Origin: Folioceros fuciformis
Taxonomy: Eukaryota
Reading direction: 5' to 3'
Length of the DNA stretch: 34,104 nt
Assembly: GCA_049999805.1 (NCBI GenBank)
Contig: JBNGIO010006379.1
Location: 251,614-285,717, forward strand
Position 1 is the first letter of the stretch. Each line of letters opens with the position of its first letter. Position numbers and translations under genes: made by a program. Of the stretch, positions 21,681 through 33,482 are shown in pieces. The notes beneath the pieces are model-generated. The model did no database searches, had not been told where the DNA came from, and was given only the letters and a program-made list of their open reading frames with translations.

Positions 21681-22052
21681 TTCATCGAGCACAAAGAAGT
21701 TCAAAAAAGATATGCTGTCCATCGAGCACAAGGAAGTTCAAAAAAATATGTCGTCCATCCAGCCCGAGGAAGTTCAAAAAGATATGCCGTCCATCGAGCA
21801 CAAGGAAGTTCAAAAAGATGTGTCGTCCATCGAGCACGAGCACGAGGAAGTTCAAAAACATATGCCGTCCATCGAGCACAAGGAAGTTCAAAAAGATATG
21901 TCGTCCATCGAGCACGAGCACGAGGAAGGTCAAAAAGATATGCTATCCATCGAACACAAGGAAGTTCAAAAAGATATGTTGTCCATCGAGCACAAGGAAT
22001 TTCAAAACGATATGCCGTCCATCGAGCACAAGGAAGTTCAAAAGATGTGCCG
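21681..22052. repeat. Minisatellite, 10 copies of a 36-bp unit (two 42-bp variants)
   Basis: Consensus TCCATCGAGCACAAGGAAGTTCAAAAAGATATG(C/T)CG. Copies 5 and 7 carry an extra GAGCAC, giving a 78-bp higher-order duplication. Confidence 0.95.
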
Positions 22053-22187
22053 CACAATGATGTGACAAGGCGTGAACCATCTGGTCAGATGCAAAGCAAT
22101 GACAACCACATGGAGAACAAAGTGATGACAACCACATCGAGAACACCTAGTGCATTTATAAGATTAAATAATAGAACCAACTTTGGA

Positions 22188-22628
22188 GATCGAATGTGAA
22201 GTGAAGCTCTGACATGACAAAAAGAATGAGGACATTAGTACGTTTGAGGACCGACTATATTCAAAATTGTCATTATGCACTAAAAGTACTAGGGCCTTGC
22301 AACAACCAGATTGCATTCAAGAATGCAAGGGATTCGGATCACGATGCTTGTCCATNNNNNNNNNNATGCAAGGGATTCGGATCACGATGCTTGTCCATCC
22401 CTGCTAGAGATTGATCGAATGCGAAGTGAAGCTCTGACATGACAACCAGAATGAGGACATTAGTACATCTAAAGGACAACCAAAATGAGGACACTAGTAC
22501 GTTTAAAGGACCAACTGCATTCAAAATTGTCATTATGCACTATGAGTACTAGGGCCTTGCAATAACCGGATTCCATTCAAGAATACAACGGATTCGATCA
22601 CAATGCTTGTCCATCCCTGCTAGAGATT
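22188..22628. repeat. Tandem ~182-bp repeat (at least 2 copies) spanning a 10-N assembly gap (22356-22365)
   Basis: GATCGAATG(T/C)GAAGTGAAGCTCTGACATGAC...CTTGTCCATCCCTGCTAGAGATT starts at 22188 and 22413. The second copy has an internal ~34-bp duplication. Confidence 0.9.
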
Positions 22629-22704
22629 CTGTGTCCTTACATCCCAACGGTTAACCTCTTCACATGTCTTGTGTCCTGTGATGTCTTCTTACATCATTCT
22701 TACG

Positions 22705-23120
22705 TTTCAAACGACCAACTTCTCTGTCCATAGCCAAGTACATATGTACTCAAACTTGACAGGGTCATAGTCCATAGCCAAGTACTTCTTGCATTTCAAA
22801 CGACTAACTTCTTTGTCCATTGCCAAGTACATATGCGCTCAAACTTGACAGGGTCACAGTCCATAGCCGAGTACCTCTTGCATTTCAAACTTCTCTGTCC
22901 ATAGCCAAGTACATACATATGCGTGTCCATAGCCAAGTACATACATATGCGCTGAAACTTGGCAGGGTCACAGTCAATAGCCAAGTACATATGTGCTTAA
23001 ACTTGATAGGGTCACAACATTCTAAACTTTTTACGATTCATCATATTTCAAACAACTAAGTATATGTGTGCTCAAACCTAGTGGGGTCACTACGTCCTAA
23101 ACTTTTTCACGATCCATCAC
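22705..23120. repeat. Degenerate tandem repeat built on GTCCATAGCCAAGTAC (7 copies) with two alternating linker types
   Basis: The core motif recurs from 22726 to about 22988. Linkers ATATG..CTCAAACTTGACAGGGTCACA and (T/C)TCTTGCATTTCAAAC.. alternate as an ~89-bp dimer. The tail is duplicated again at about 23060-23120. Confidence 0.85.
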
Positions 23121-23204
23121 AAGCATAATTACATATGTACATAATATTGCCTTACCTTCCAAGTACTCATAACTTTTCTACGGCCTACCGAACACCCATC
23201 ACAA

Positions 23205-23340
23205 TCATGGGACATAGACCTCAACGGTCATATGAAGCAGTCACGGGACATAGGCCTCAACTGTCATATGAAGAAGTCCTTGTCCCGTTCATAGACATCG
23301 AACTCAACTCAACTCAATTGACATAGACTCAACTCAACCG
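23205..23340. repeat. Short direct repeats: 36-bp duplication and (AACTC)n
   Basis: GGGACATAG(A/G)CCTCAAC(G/T)GTCATATGAAG x2 (23209-23272) and AACTCAACTCAACTCAA at 23301-23317. Confidence 0.75.
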
Positions 23341-26300
23341 TTATGTGCAACAATCCTTGTCTTGTTCCCAAGACATAGGACAACTAGATTTTACACACAT
23401 TACAGTTACATCCCTTGTCCGGTTCATAGGACAAATGACTCAACTAATTTTCCCACGTTTCTCTCTTGACTACGGAACTCAACTAACTTTCCCGTAGTCT
23501 TCACTTTAAAGAGTATGCCAAGAGTTCATTCCATTCTGACTGCACATTTTCCCTTGCAAAGGGCAACAATATGTGCATACTAATGTGGCCATATAGAACC
23601 ATTCATACAAGACATGTATATATATATATATATGGATAGACCAATATATACACTCTCTAAATACATAGAGAGAATATGTTTATGTGACTATAGATTGTAT
23701 TACACAATAACCTAGAGGCCTAAAATCCATGGTTTTCCTCACGCATGGAGTATGGGAAAACGGAAGGGAAGGGCTGGAGCCAGCTCATGCGCTCAAATCT
23801 CAAGGGGAAGAGAAACTTGACCGGCTAGCGCTGAGGAGCGGGATTTGGACGACGGTCAACAAATCCGTCTGTCACCTGCGCTCTCCAACAAAGAAACGTT
23901 CAGATATGAAGGGATTACAGTCTGCGATGATGCGGAGTTGGAAAGGGCGAAGTTGCAGGTGTGGACGCCATGGCCTACGAGGATCCCTCAATCTCCTGGC
24001 CACATCCAGCGGGGCTCCGGGAGACCGTGCAAACAGGAATAGGGTCTGGGGAACGCGATGCGCATGCCTTGCCTCGGGAAGAGAGGCGGACGCAGAGGCA
24101 GGAGCAGGGTACAGAGAAATATGTATCTTTAGCCGGAGCTCGGGTTCCCTCGGTTCATGGATCCGTCGGGGCATCCAACAGGGATGAAAAATAATGAAGC
24201 GGCCGTGCTCCTGGGTGGCACTCGCAAGGCAAGAGGTGGATCGACTGACAGCCCAGACTGGACTGGCGACTGGCCGAGTAAGGAAGGAATGTACAGTGCA
24301 GGGGCGGAGAGTGGAAGAGGGAGCCGGGACGCTCTGTGGTTGGTTATTAGGTTTAGGTTTGCTGGACGACGACAGTTGTGTTTCAGGCCTGTGAGCCAGC
24401 GCAGAATTCACATGGGACCAATCGCGGCCCGCTCGGACCTTTTTGTCGCCGCGCAACAGGTGTCCAGTCACAGAATCACATGCACGCGAGGGAGGCAGCA
24501 ATGCTTGGGCTGGGTCCGGGTCTGGGTGTGCTTGAATCAACTCGGATCGCTTCGTTTTACAGTGTGACAACTTGTCATCACCATATCGTGTACGTATGTG
24601 TGTACGATCTGATTGTGTATGCATACATGCCCATCTTTGTGGGTCGTTACGATCCGGCGCTGGCGTCATGCTGTGCTTCTTGCCACGAAATGGGAGGCTT
24701 TCCAGTTGGCATATCCGACGAGCCAGGTGGGTCGTCACCTGAATTCGCACCCCACAAGGTTGGGATCCTACATGTCAAGCCTCTGTGTGATGCCCTTCTT
24801 GTGCTCCATTACGGCGTCCAGGTCAGACCTTGACCCAGGTCACAGCACCGTCGGTCATGAATGCAGTCGGCATTCGCCGTCATAGCAAACATGCTTGATG
24901 CTGCCCATACTCGGAAAATGTCTTCCATGGTGGCTTTCTTTATTTCTGCGACTCCGAACAGAGTCTGCAGAGTCAGGGCTTTCGCAAGGTCGTCAAGGGT
25001 CTACTAACACGAGAACTGTTCAAACTTCCATGGAACTCTACCTGGACAAGGTCATTCCTGTGTATGTATGCCCACAGGAAGGAGAGGCGCGCTGTAGCAC
25101 AACTTCTTAGTATATGTGGGTACGATGACATCCTGTCACAGTAATTGGGGGCACTTGTATTTTCTATGGCATTGGCCAGTCAACAAGCGTGGAAGCAAAG
25201 CACACATGTGGCAGGATGATGGCTCCATCAACGGGCCATTCAGAGGGGTGATGCGACGTACAAGACATGATTAAGGACGTTGAGAAGCCTGCAATTGGGT
25301 TCCCGATGCTTCATCACCTGGCCTGCCCGGATCTCACCCATGTGACCAACAGCTATGAACGCCGTCCCTGCGTTGGAGGGGAGGGAGGGGACGCAGAGGA
25401 GGTGGGGAATTGATTCCCCTCCGTATTTAATAGGCCAGAATATGGAAGTACTGAGAAAGCAGAATAAAGCAGGCAAGATGACGCAACAGCGCGGCAGCAC
25501 CACCGAGATGACCCAGCCAGCCAACCGTGACTGAGAGTCACAGTCCCCCACAGTGGAAGAGGAGAGAGTGCCACGCCTCCCAGACAGAGGAGATGCCCAC
25601 TTCTGGAGTACGCTTGGGACAGGGCACGACATGGCCCATGGCTCACATCGCTGCTCTCGTTGCTATCTTCCGGCCTAGGACGTCCGGCGTGCAAGCTCGT
25701 GAAGTACCTTACTGCTAGCGAGGCATGGGAGTTCAACCGGCCTCTAATGCTGCTGGTGGGTGGCCCACTCCCACCTCACGCCATTTCTGGACAGCGCAGC
25801 GCACCACCATCTCCCGTTCCTTGCCGTCTCTATCCTGCCAGTTCCTCCATGTGCATTTCCTCTACTGGCGTGCTCCACCTTTCTCCCTACCAGGCCCACC
25901 CCCAAAGAGGCCCACTGTGTGAGTGAGAGCGGTGTCACACTAACACACCGCCCCACGTTCCTAAGTAGTCTACGGTGTCTTGGTCAGGTGCAGAAACAGT
26001 GCTTTGCTTTTCCGAGTCACTCCACATATCCAAACAGCTCATTCAACAAATGGCAGCCAAGACATGCCAAAACAGTGGTCCTGGGTTCTGGAAAGCATGT
26101 CTGTGGGTGTTTGGTACTCTCTGCAGGTGAACAGAAGAGGTCTGCTGGGCTAGCCATTGATGGCCCAGCACCCGGACCATCTCGGACTCGAGGTGGCCAC
26201 GTTACAGCTTACCGTGTATGTACACGTACACCCTCCTGCCTTCAATGAAGCGCCCACAACCCACCACCAGAAGCCTAATTGAAAACAACACAACAACTTC

Positions 26301-26594
26301 GGCCCCCTCAAAATCGACACCTTAGCTGCCTTTTAGGGGCAGCCGCGTTCCGCGAGCCTCCACAACCACAGACACCAGCAGACGTGTTTTCATGAACCAC
26401 ACACAGGTGAGAGTCTAGTTGCACCAACAACCATCAGTACCTGCATCGACATGTGCAAAGACCCGGATATAAAATACTACTGTTCCAGCGACAGACGCCT
26501 GCATCGAGCGTTAGAAGCTTCACACATACGTAGCAGTACATTTGTCGAAGTTTCTGCGAAGTGCCGCTGAACGAGAAAAAAAAAAAACCCGCAT

Positions 26595-29500
26595 TTAAAA
26601 GTCTCTGAAGCTCATTCGGGGGTCCTCACCACTCTTCTTCCCTCTCCCTCGACTTCTGCCCCTCCCTCTCCCTCTACCTCTTCCTCTACCCCTTCCCGAC
26701 TTTCTGAAGAAGGATTTCCCGTGCTTCACCTCCACCAGAGAGTGCAGTAGGTCGTCACACAAGACGCAGGCTCGGTGTAAAGTGGTCTTATCTGGAAGTG
26801 GGGTGGTGTTCTTGTTGAAGTCCACCTCGAGGATGATAGAGCCACACTCCTCACAATGCTCTTCTGTGGTGACTATTCTGTGGGCATTGTGAGGAAGGTA
26901 AACCAGGCAGCTACATTTGTTGCAGTCAAGCCTCCACTTGGGAGCACTGACAGGATCCAGAACCAAGGTTCCATCGCACTCAGGGCATGCGCACACGCCT
27001 TGCCTGATGAGAGAGTGCCGACAGGTGGGGTGCAGACAGTGAGTACAGGGCATGCCGCCAGAGTGTCCACTTTTACTTGTCTCCTTCCCTCCAACACCTC
27101 CAAACGCCTGATCAGCTTCTTCGAACGGTGGGTGGTTGTAACAATAGGGGCATAGAGGGTATGACTTCCCATCCGGTCCAGCTAACGAGAAAAGGACAAG
27201 CTCATAGCTGTCCAAGGGACACGTCAATTCTTTGTACAGCTGCAAGAAAATGCATAGGCTCAGCAGAGCTCCCCTGAAAAATTCCTTGTCAAATGCCAAG
27301 CAGCCGGATTGCCTACCTTGATGGAGCCATGCTGAGGTAGTGCATGCACCTCTTCACATGTGGGACAATACAGTCTGGCCGGTCTCATCGCAATATACTT
27401 CATGTACCGGCTGCACTTGCCGCACTTACTCAAGGGCTTGCCGGATTCAGCCAAAGGTGAGAATTGAGCTTCGAAAAGGGAATCCATTCGCTCAATCTGA
27501 ACACCTCCTAACCCTCATTAGACTTAAACCGCCTCCTGCAAAATCCTAGGATCCTAATTGTACGGTGCCTGGAGAGGAAGTGAGAATCACACCTGGCTCA
27601 CAAAATATGTGAACTTGGCAGCAAAATCGCGTAACGAGTGATGAACAACAAGCTTATAATCTGCTTGTCCCTTGGCAATAAGGGTTATTTGCTGCTCTAT
27701 AAACCGTCTGATGTCTGGAAGGCACAGATCTACATCAATAGTCTGATACCCACGAACCAAGGTAATCCCAAGAGCAGTAGGTACCACACGCCTTCCGGCT
27801 TGAACCTGAATTTCAGCAAGGTATATCAGTTCCAAATAGCTGGTGCCACAACGTCCGCTTGAACTGCAAACCGCAGGAGAAGCAGCACCTGAGCATAGTT
27901 TCGCTCGCATATATTGTTGATGTGCACAGGAATTGATGCATCTGTGCCAATTCCATGCTTCTCCATAAGTGTGATGAGTTCACTCTCTGTCAAGTAGTCT
28001 GGAGGAGAAGTACGTCCCTGCTTGCCCCACAATAGCCCACGTGAAACCAGCAGGGTTGCAGGGAACAGAAAGAACCTGCAGACATTCTGTAAGCAGAAGA
28101 GTACCTGGTAAAGTTCTACTTCTGTACAGGGCACAGATTCACCAATTGAAAAAGGTGGTAAGCCCTCATCTGTGATGGCAAGCCAGGGCATAACAGCAGT
28201 AAATCCTGGTGAAATCAAGGTCCTGCCGCTACAAGAGAACTTCTCTCCTCCAGAAGTGAGCACAACTTTGGTCCTACAAGATTACGCCACACACATACTG
28301 TGATCCGCAAAAAATGAGCTTCAATGGCTACTAATCCTGTCAACTGGAAGACTTGTTGCCTATGAATGATGTAGGAAGAGGCTCACCGCGTGTACTTGCA
28401 ATCAGGACTAACACTTCCCAGAAAATGTCTTGTAACATACTCATATAGTCTCCACATGTCACCTCCTCCAAGTTCAGCCTCTGTCGCTGATCGCATTGGG
28501 ATAATAGGGGGGTGATCTCCAACATCAACTCCACCCTTTGGTGGATGTGGTCCACTTGCCATGAGTGACATTGCATAGTCCCCCCAGATGGGATGGTTTC
28601 TATGGAGAGCCAGGGATCCTTTTATATCAAAGCTTGCTGGGTAAGCCGTACTTTCAGTGCGAGGATAACTGTGCAGTACCAAACATGCCCAGATTATAAA
28701 CGTAGCAAGTTTCATCCTCAACATGTTGGGTACATATTTATCCTCAAAAGAACAATTTCAGATCATGCAGGAGGGTAAAGCACATAGACACAAGCACACC
28801 TCATGTAGCCTTGAATGTAGAGTCTTTCAGCAATTTGCATAGCATGATGGGGCCCCATATTCAGAGCACTTGACGCTATCTGAAATGCAGGGAAGGGCAA
28901 GTTGTCAAGGCCAATGCCATCCAACAGCGAGTCTGAGAAGGACTGTGAAAAACTACAGACATCCAAAACGAAATCCTTACTCACCTTCAACATATCAACG
29001 GTGTTTAGTCCAGTTGGTCGGCCCTTACGATCATCCTTCTTCGCCACGTCACTCACTTTCAACGCCCCAGCATCCAACACCAGCTTTTGGTACATCACAG
29101 CTATCTGACAGACAACAGTGTGTGGTCTGAGAGCTGTGGCAAGGATAGCATCGTGCAGGCCATTGAATTATAGAGTTGCATCCAATTGTGAGTGACTAAC
29201 TTTGTACTACTGCAAGAATATCTGACCAGATAGATAAGCAGCTTACATCACGATCAAACAGTCTGCTACGGTCCCATTCCAGTAGAATGAAGTGTCCACC
29301 CTTGTTCACATGGGGACGTACAATCCAGAAAGGCTCAGGCGTGAATGTTGATATTGCGATGTGCCGCTCCACACAGAAGCCAAGCGTGGGCGTTTGGCAA
29401 GGTCCATACCTGGAACATTAAGCACAGAAGGTTATGTTACTAACATACTGCTTGATGAGAGAAACCTCGAAGAAAAAATAAAATGGCAAGTCTACCTGCT

Positions 29501-30941
29501 ACAACCGAATAGACCCGATCATAGCTGTTCTATGCCTTAAACGCATTCTTTAGAGATTCCAGGCTTTCCTCTATGCAACCAAATCTAGTGTGTCAAACGA
29601 TTGCAACAACAGTAAAGTCTAGGTTAAACGCAGAACAAAAAACGTACGATATGACACTGGAATCAAGGTTGCCATATTTGCCTTGAAAGAATCGAGTCTG
29701 GAATCGAGTAAATGCCACGCCAACTTTTAAGTCAATCTCCTGGCGAGCATCAACCGCAAGGGCCTCATTCTTGTTGGGTTCAACAAGAGATCTCATTGCA
29801 GTGTGAATATCCTTCTCGCTAATAGCAGAGAAGCGTGCCCGAAAAACTTGCTGCTGCCCCTGACCTTTCCTCATAACAGGTACGGCACTTTCCATGACTG
29901 CACACGTGACATGGTCCAAAAATGAGATTTGTTGGCAATCTGGCAACATAAATGTCCGTAGGCCATGTGAAGGATCAGGGAACTGAAAGTCCAGAAGGCT
30001 GGTGGCATAACCACCTTCAAAGCAAATATTTTCCCCTTCACGATCACAGTCCAGCCACAGAACAAGAGTATCACATCCACGTGCTTCTTGTTGCAGATGC
30101 TTACAAACATGAGCCTGCAGGAACATACATATGCACCAGGAACTACTCATTCTGAACTGCGAGTGAAATCAAACAAAAGCATAGGAGCTTCAGTCTTGCA
30201 TGCAGTCCTGCCTTGGGATTTGCTTCACTCTTTATTGTTGGCGCAATGAAGAGCTCAAACGGGTCTGTGGTGTCCCAATTCTGATACTTGGGCGGAAAGT
30301 CGATACTGAAACAGAGCAACGGCATCATTAACTGCGTGACCAACCAAGCTCCTAGGCATTGGAACAGACTCAAGTTCAGCCAAGATTATGCTACCTGAGA
30401 ACATGTCCGATGACAGATGTCACTTTGTAGCGCACATGCTGACCCCTAAACGTCCCATCAAACTCATGGACATCCAGGTAAGATTTCCTTGTCGCAATCT
30501 GCCCCAAGCAACAAACTCAGGACATTACTGTAGCACTACATGATATCGTGAGGGCAACTGTTACAATGGCCTGCTCTCGCCTCCTCACGACATTCAGACC
30601 TATATGCAGAAAGACCTCTTTTCCGTTTAAAATCATTCCTGAAACCTTATGCCCAGCAACCATATACAAGAAGCTGCTAAGCTATGGAAGTCATTACCCT
30701 GCCACCAGAGAGGAAATTCGAAATGGAAGTTGCAATGCTGGGCTTCTCTGCTACCTGTTGCACCCGGGATCTCGTCAGAAGAAACCAACAGTAGAGTTCA
30801 TCTTGCCATTTAGTGTTGTTAACATCCACCTCTTGTTCCAGGCATGCGTAGAGTTCGATTGCAAGACATGATCGGTCAGAGGGGAATCAAAACCAGAAAG
30901 ATCTCAGATGAGAGACAAACCATGAGTACAACTGCCGCCAT
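26595..30941 (-). CDS. TOP3B: DNA/RNA topoisomerase III beta, 15 exons
   Basis: MAAVVLM|VAEKPSIA (TOPRIM), LWLDCDREGENICFE, DARQEIDLKVGVAFTRFQT, SYGPCQTPTLGF, catalytic GYMSYPRTES, MEKHGIGTDASIPVHI, C-terminal CxxC zinc ribbons and RG-repeat tail ending DPRMSFRDF*. Confidence 0.95.
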
Positions 30942-31481
30942 ACTTCCGATGGCCGCACGGTCGGCGGCTGCCCGCTGGCTAGTATCTTAAGGAACCAAGT
31001 CCCCACGTCAAGGTCCGCATCGCATCAGTTTGGTCGACAGTGAGGTGATCGACTAATTTTTTCCTGATTCCACCCTTGGCTCCGGTTTACCCTTGCATTC
31101 TACGTGAAGAAACTTGCATGGAAGCGGGTGTGTAATGTTCATAAGTAGTCAGAAAAGTTGTTAATAATTTGTCCGTTTGGGTGTAGCGCACTGTCTATGC
31201 TGTGTGCCCTGGCTGCATGTTGCTTCCATCACGTTGTCTGGTTGACGACCGACCAAATTGCTGGCAGAGGTGTTCGGGTGGCCCCATGGGTCTTTGCAGC
31301 CGCAGGGCTTTGTGAAGACAGATATCTGGGAAGGATACTATTTAGCAGTTGTTCTGCCCAGGAGTTTTCTTTCCGTCCACTTAGCCAGATTAGGTTTCAG
31401 ACAAGGTGACACATGTATATATATGTATACAGATTGTACGCATCATGTTGTCCGTGCAATTCGCTTCGCGTGGCCACATCC

Positions 31482-32404
31482 TCAGCTTGGTGTGCCCTGT
31501 CTCCCACTCGAAGCTGGTTGGGTACTGAGTGGAGTCTTTACAATCAGGACAGGGCATGGGACGTGATGGGCGGCGTAGTCGCTCACGCTTCCTAACAGTG
31601 CTCTGCAATCAGGGCAACCGGACGGTTGAGCATTTGACTCTCCACCCGCAGCATTTTACACTTAGCATCATCAGGGTTCAAGCAACTTCACCGCTTAAGA
31701 GCGCCATGACCATGGCTTCCGATGATAAGCATGTCAGGTTCAAGACTTTTGGTACTGTAGTCAATTACGTCTCTTCCATCCCCCTTGAGACTTAGCTTCG
31801 TCACGCTCATCTGTAACATGTCCAGTTGTTCAAGGTTTTTGGATATCTCGGTGCCGGAACAGAGATACTCGATGACAACCCAAAGCTCACCTTGATTTGC
31901 ACGAATGGCCTAGCCAACGTCTCCAGCAGCTGCTCGCTCTTTCTCCGGACCTTCTCTTGCGCCTCCATCAGCCTCTCCGCAACTGCCGACCCGTATGGAA
32001 ACAGTATGACTGTAAAGCAAGTCACATGTTATTGCCTTCAACTTTCCGTCGCTGCTTCCACATGGTGACATCGTTAAATCTAAGACCAGTTCAATACCTT
32101 CCACGTCAGGGTACGCGTTTACAAGGATAACTTGGTCGTCCCTAGTGACAATCTTGGAGAGAGCGTACTCCACTGTATGCATACTGCCGGACGTGCCGTC
32201 CACTGCAATCAAAATTCTCCTGGGCGGCGGTTTTTCTCTAGGCAAAGGAACCTTATCCTGCTGATGTGCCGAGTGTCTTGTTTCCTCTCCCCCCACAGCA
32301 TCTGGACTCCTTGATTTGGACACATGCCCTTCTGAGTTCGCTCCGCAGCCTTCAGGATGAGATTGCGCAGTTTTGTTCGAATTGCCTTTACCAGTTTCAG
32401 CCAT
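31482..32404 (-). CDS. Universal stress protein A-like protein, 4 exons
   Basis: RRILIAVDGTSGSMHTVEYAL...KGDGRDVI...DMLIIGSHGHGALK|RALLGSVSDYAAHHVPCPVLIVK with an intact G-x2-G-x9-GS ATP-binding motif; ~60-aa disordered N-terminal extension. ATG 32404, TGA 31484-31482. Confidence 0.9.
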
Positions 32405-33482
32405 GGCTACAACTTGGATCCAACACAATAATGCATGCTGTCATATGCCGTATGAAAGTGAGCGAAGCGAATCTGCCGGCATGTAGTCTCGCCACGTGGC
32501 AGCGACCTCACTTGTGTCTGTTAGTGAGACTGTGTCTCCAAGATAGCGTGCAAGAGATTTTGGTTATAGAACCCGGGTTAATTTCTTTGGTCAGTCCAGG
32601 AATAAATTAGCGCCAACTTGGCCCACGACTGAGGGAGGCTCATTCACGTGTTCCAGAAAACCCGCAGACATATTCTACCTAGAACAAAAGTTCTACCCCT
32701 ACCAAAAACCCACCGGGTCTTAGTAGGGTCGGTGAAGTCCAGTCGCCTCTGCACTGGAGACTTGAGACTTCAGAAGACCGGTGGCTGGGACTCCACAAGT
32801 CGTTTCCACTACGTCCCTCTCCCTCTTTATTTACATTATCACACTTGGTGCATTTCTGCTTCCTATTCAGTGTCGCCCAATGTAGGTGAGCCAACCTCTT
32901 CAGCAGAGCCACCCACGTCAACGTCATAAGTTATCATATACATGGTCAGGTATCCGTTTTCATGTCACTGTCCAATGTCGGAAACATGGACTGGCTGAGC
33001 AAGCATTTGCCAGCAGCATAGTCTGTTCCTACATGGCCCAATCAACAAAATGTTTGCACAGAAACAATATATGGACGACGAAGAAAAAAGATGCACCGTG
33101 CAGCAGAGGATCGTTTCATAGGAATTCAGGGGACGCTGCAGATGAAAGAGCTTACGGGTTGGACAGAACTTCTTTGGCTTGCTGCTGATACATCATGGAG
33201 CTTGCAAACCTGTTGCCCTGTATTTCAGCAAGGTCGGAGATGAACCATATATGAGATCGTCGTCGTCAAGTCCTCCTGGTCTAGGACTCAAAGTCCACAA
33301 CTGGGAATCATCCCCGTGTCCACCCCTCGAATAGGCCATGCACATGTTTCCCGCTGGTACGCCTTGTACCAACCGGTGCTCTGTTGTTCATGGCCAATGA
33401 CCGAGCTTACTCCTCCCGATTAGATTCACAAGCCAGAACCGCAGTTTTGCGGGACCGGGAAGCTTCCTCCTTGCTGGGAGTT

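Larger units (their letters stand above)
21536..23568. mobile_element. Candidate non-autonomous transposable element (~2.0 kb) packed with tandem repeats
   Basis: Imperfect terminal inverted repeats: TGTATCCCTTTCAGTGAAAATGTG (21536-21559) versus the reverse complement of the right end, TGTTGCCCTTTGCAAGGGAAAATGTG (23543-23568). They bracket several internal repeat families. No target-site duplication visible. Confidence 0.4.

Noticed and set aside
21681-23016. CRISPR-like appearance of the 36-bp array and of GTCCATAGCCAAGTAC plus ~28-bp linkers
   Set aside because: The 36-bp units abut with no spacers; the linkers in the second array are two recurring related types, not unique spacers; eukaryotic context and no cas genes.
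23872-24750. 292-aa minus-strand ORF; nearby 'PTAFMTDG' resembling a MULE transposase motif
   Set aside because: No ATG start or domain signature, and no other MULE motifs in register; insufficient to call a transposase.
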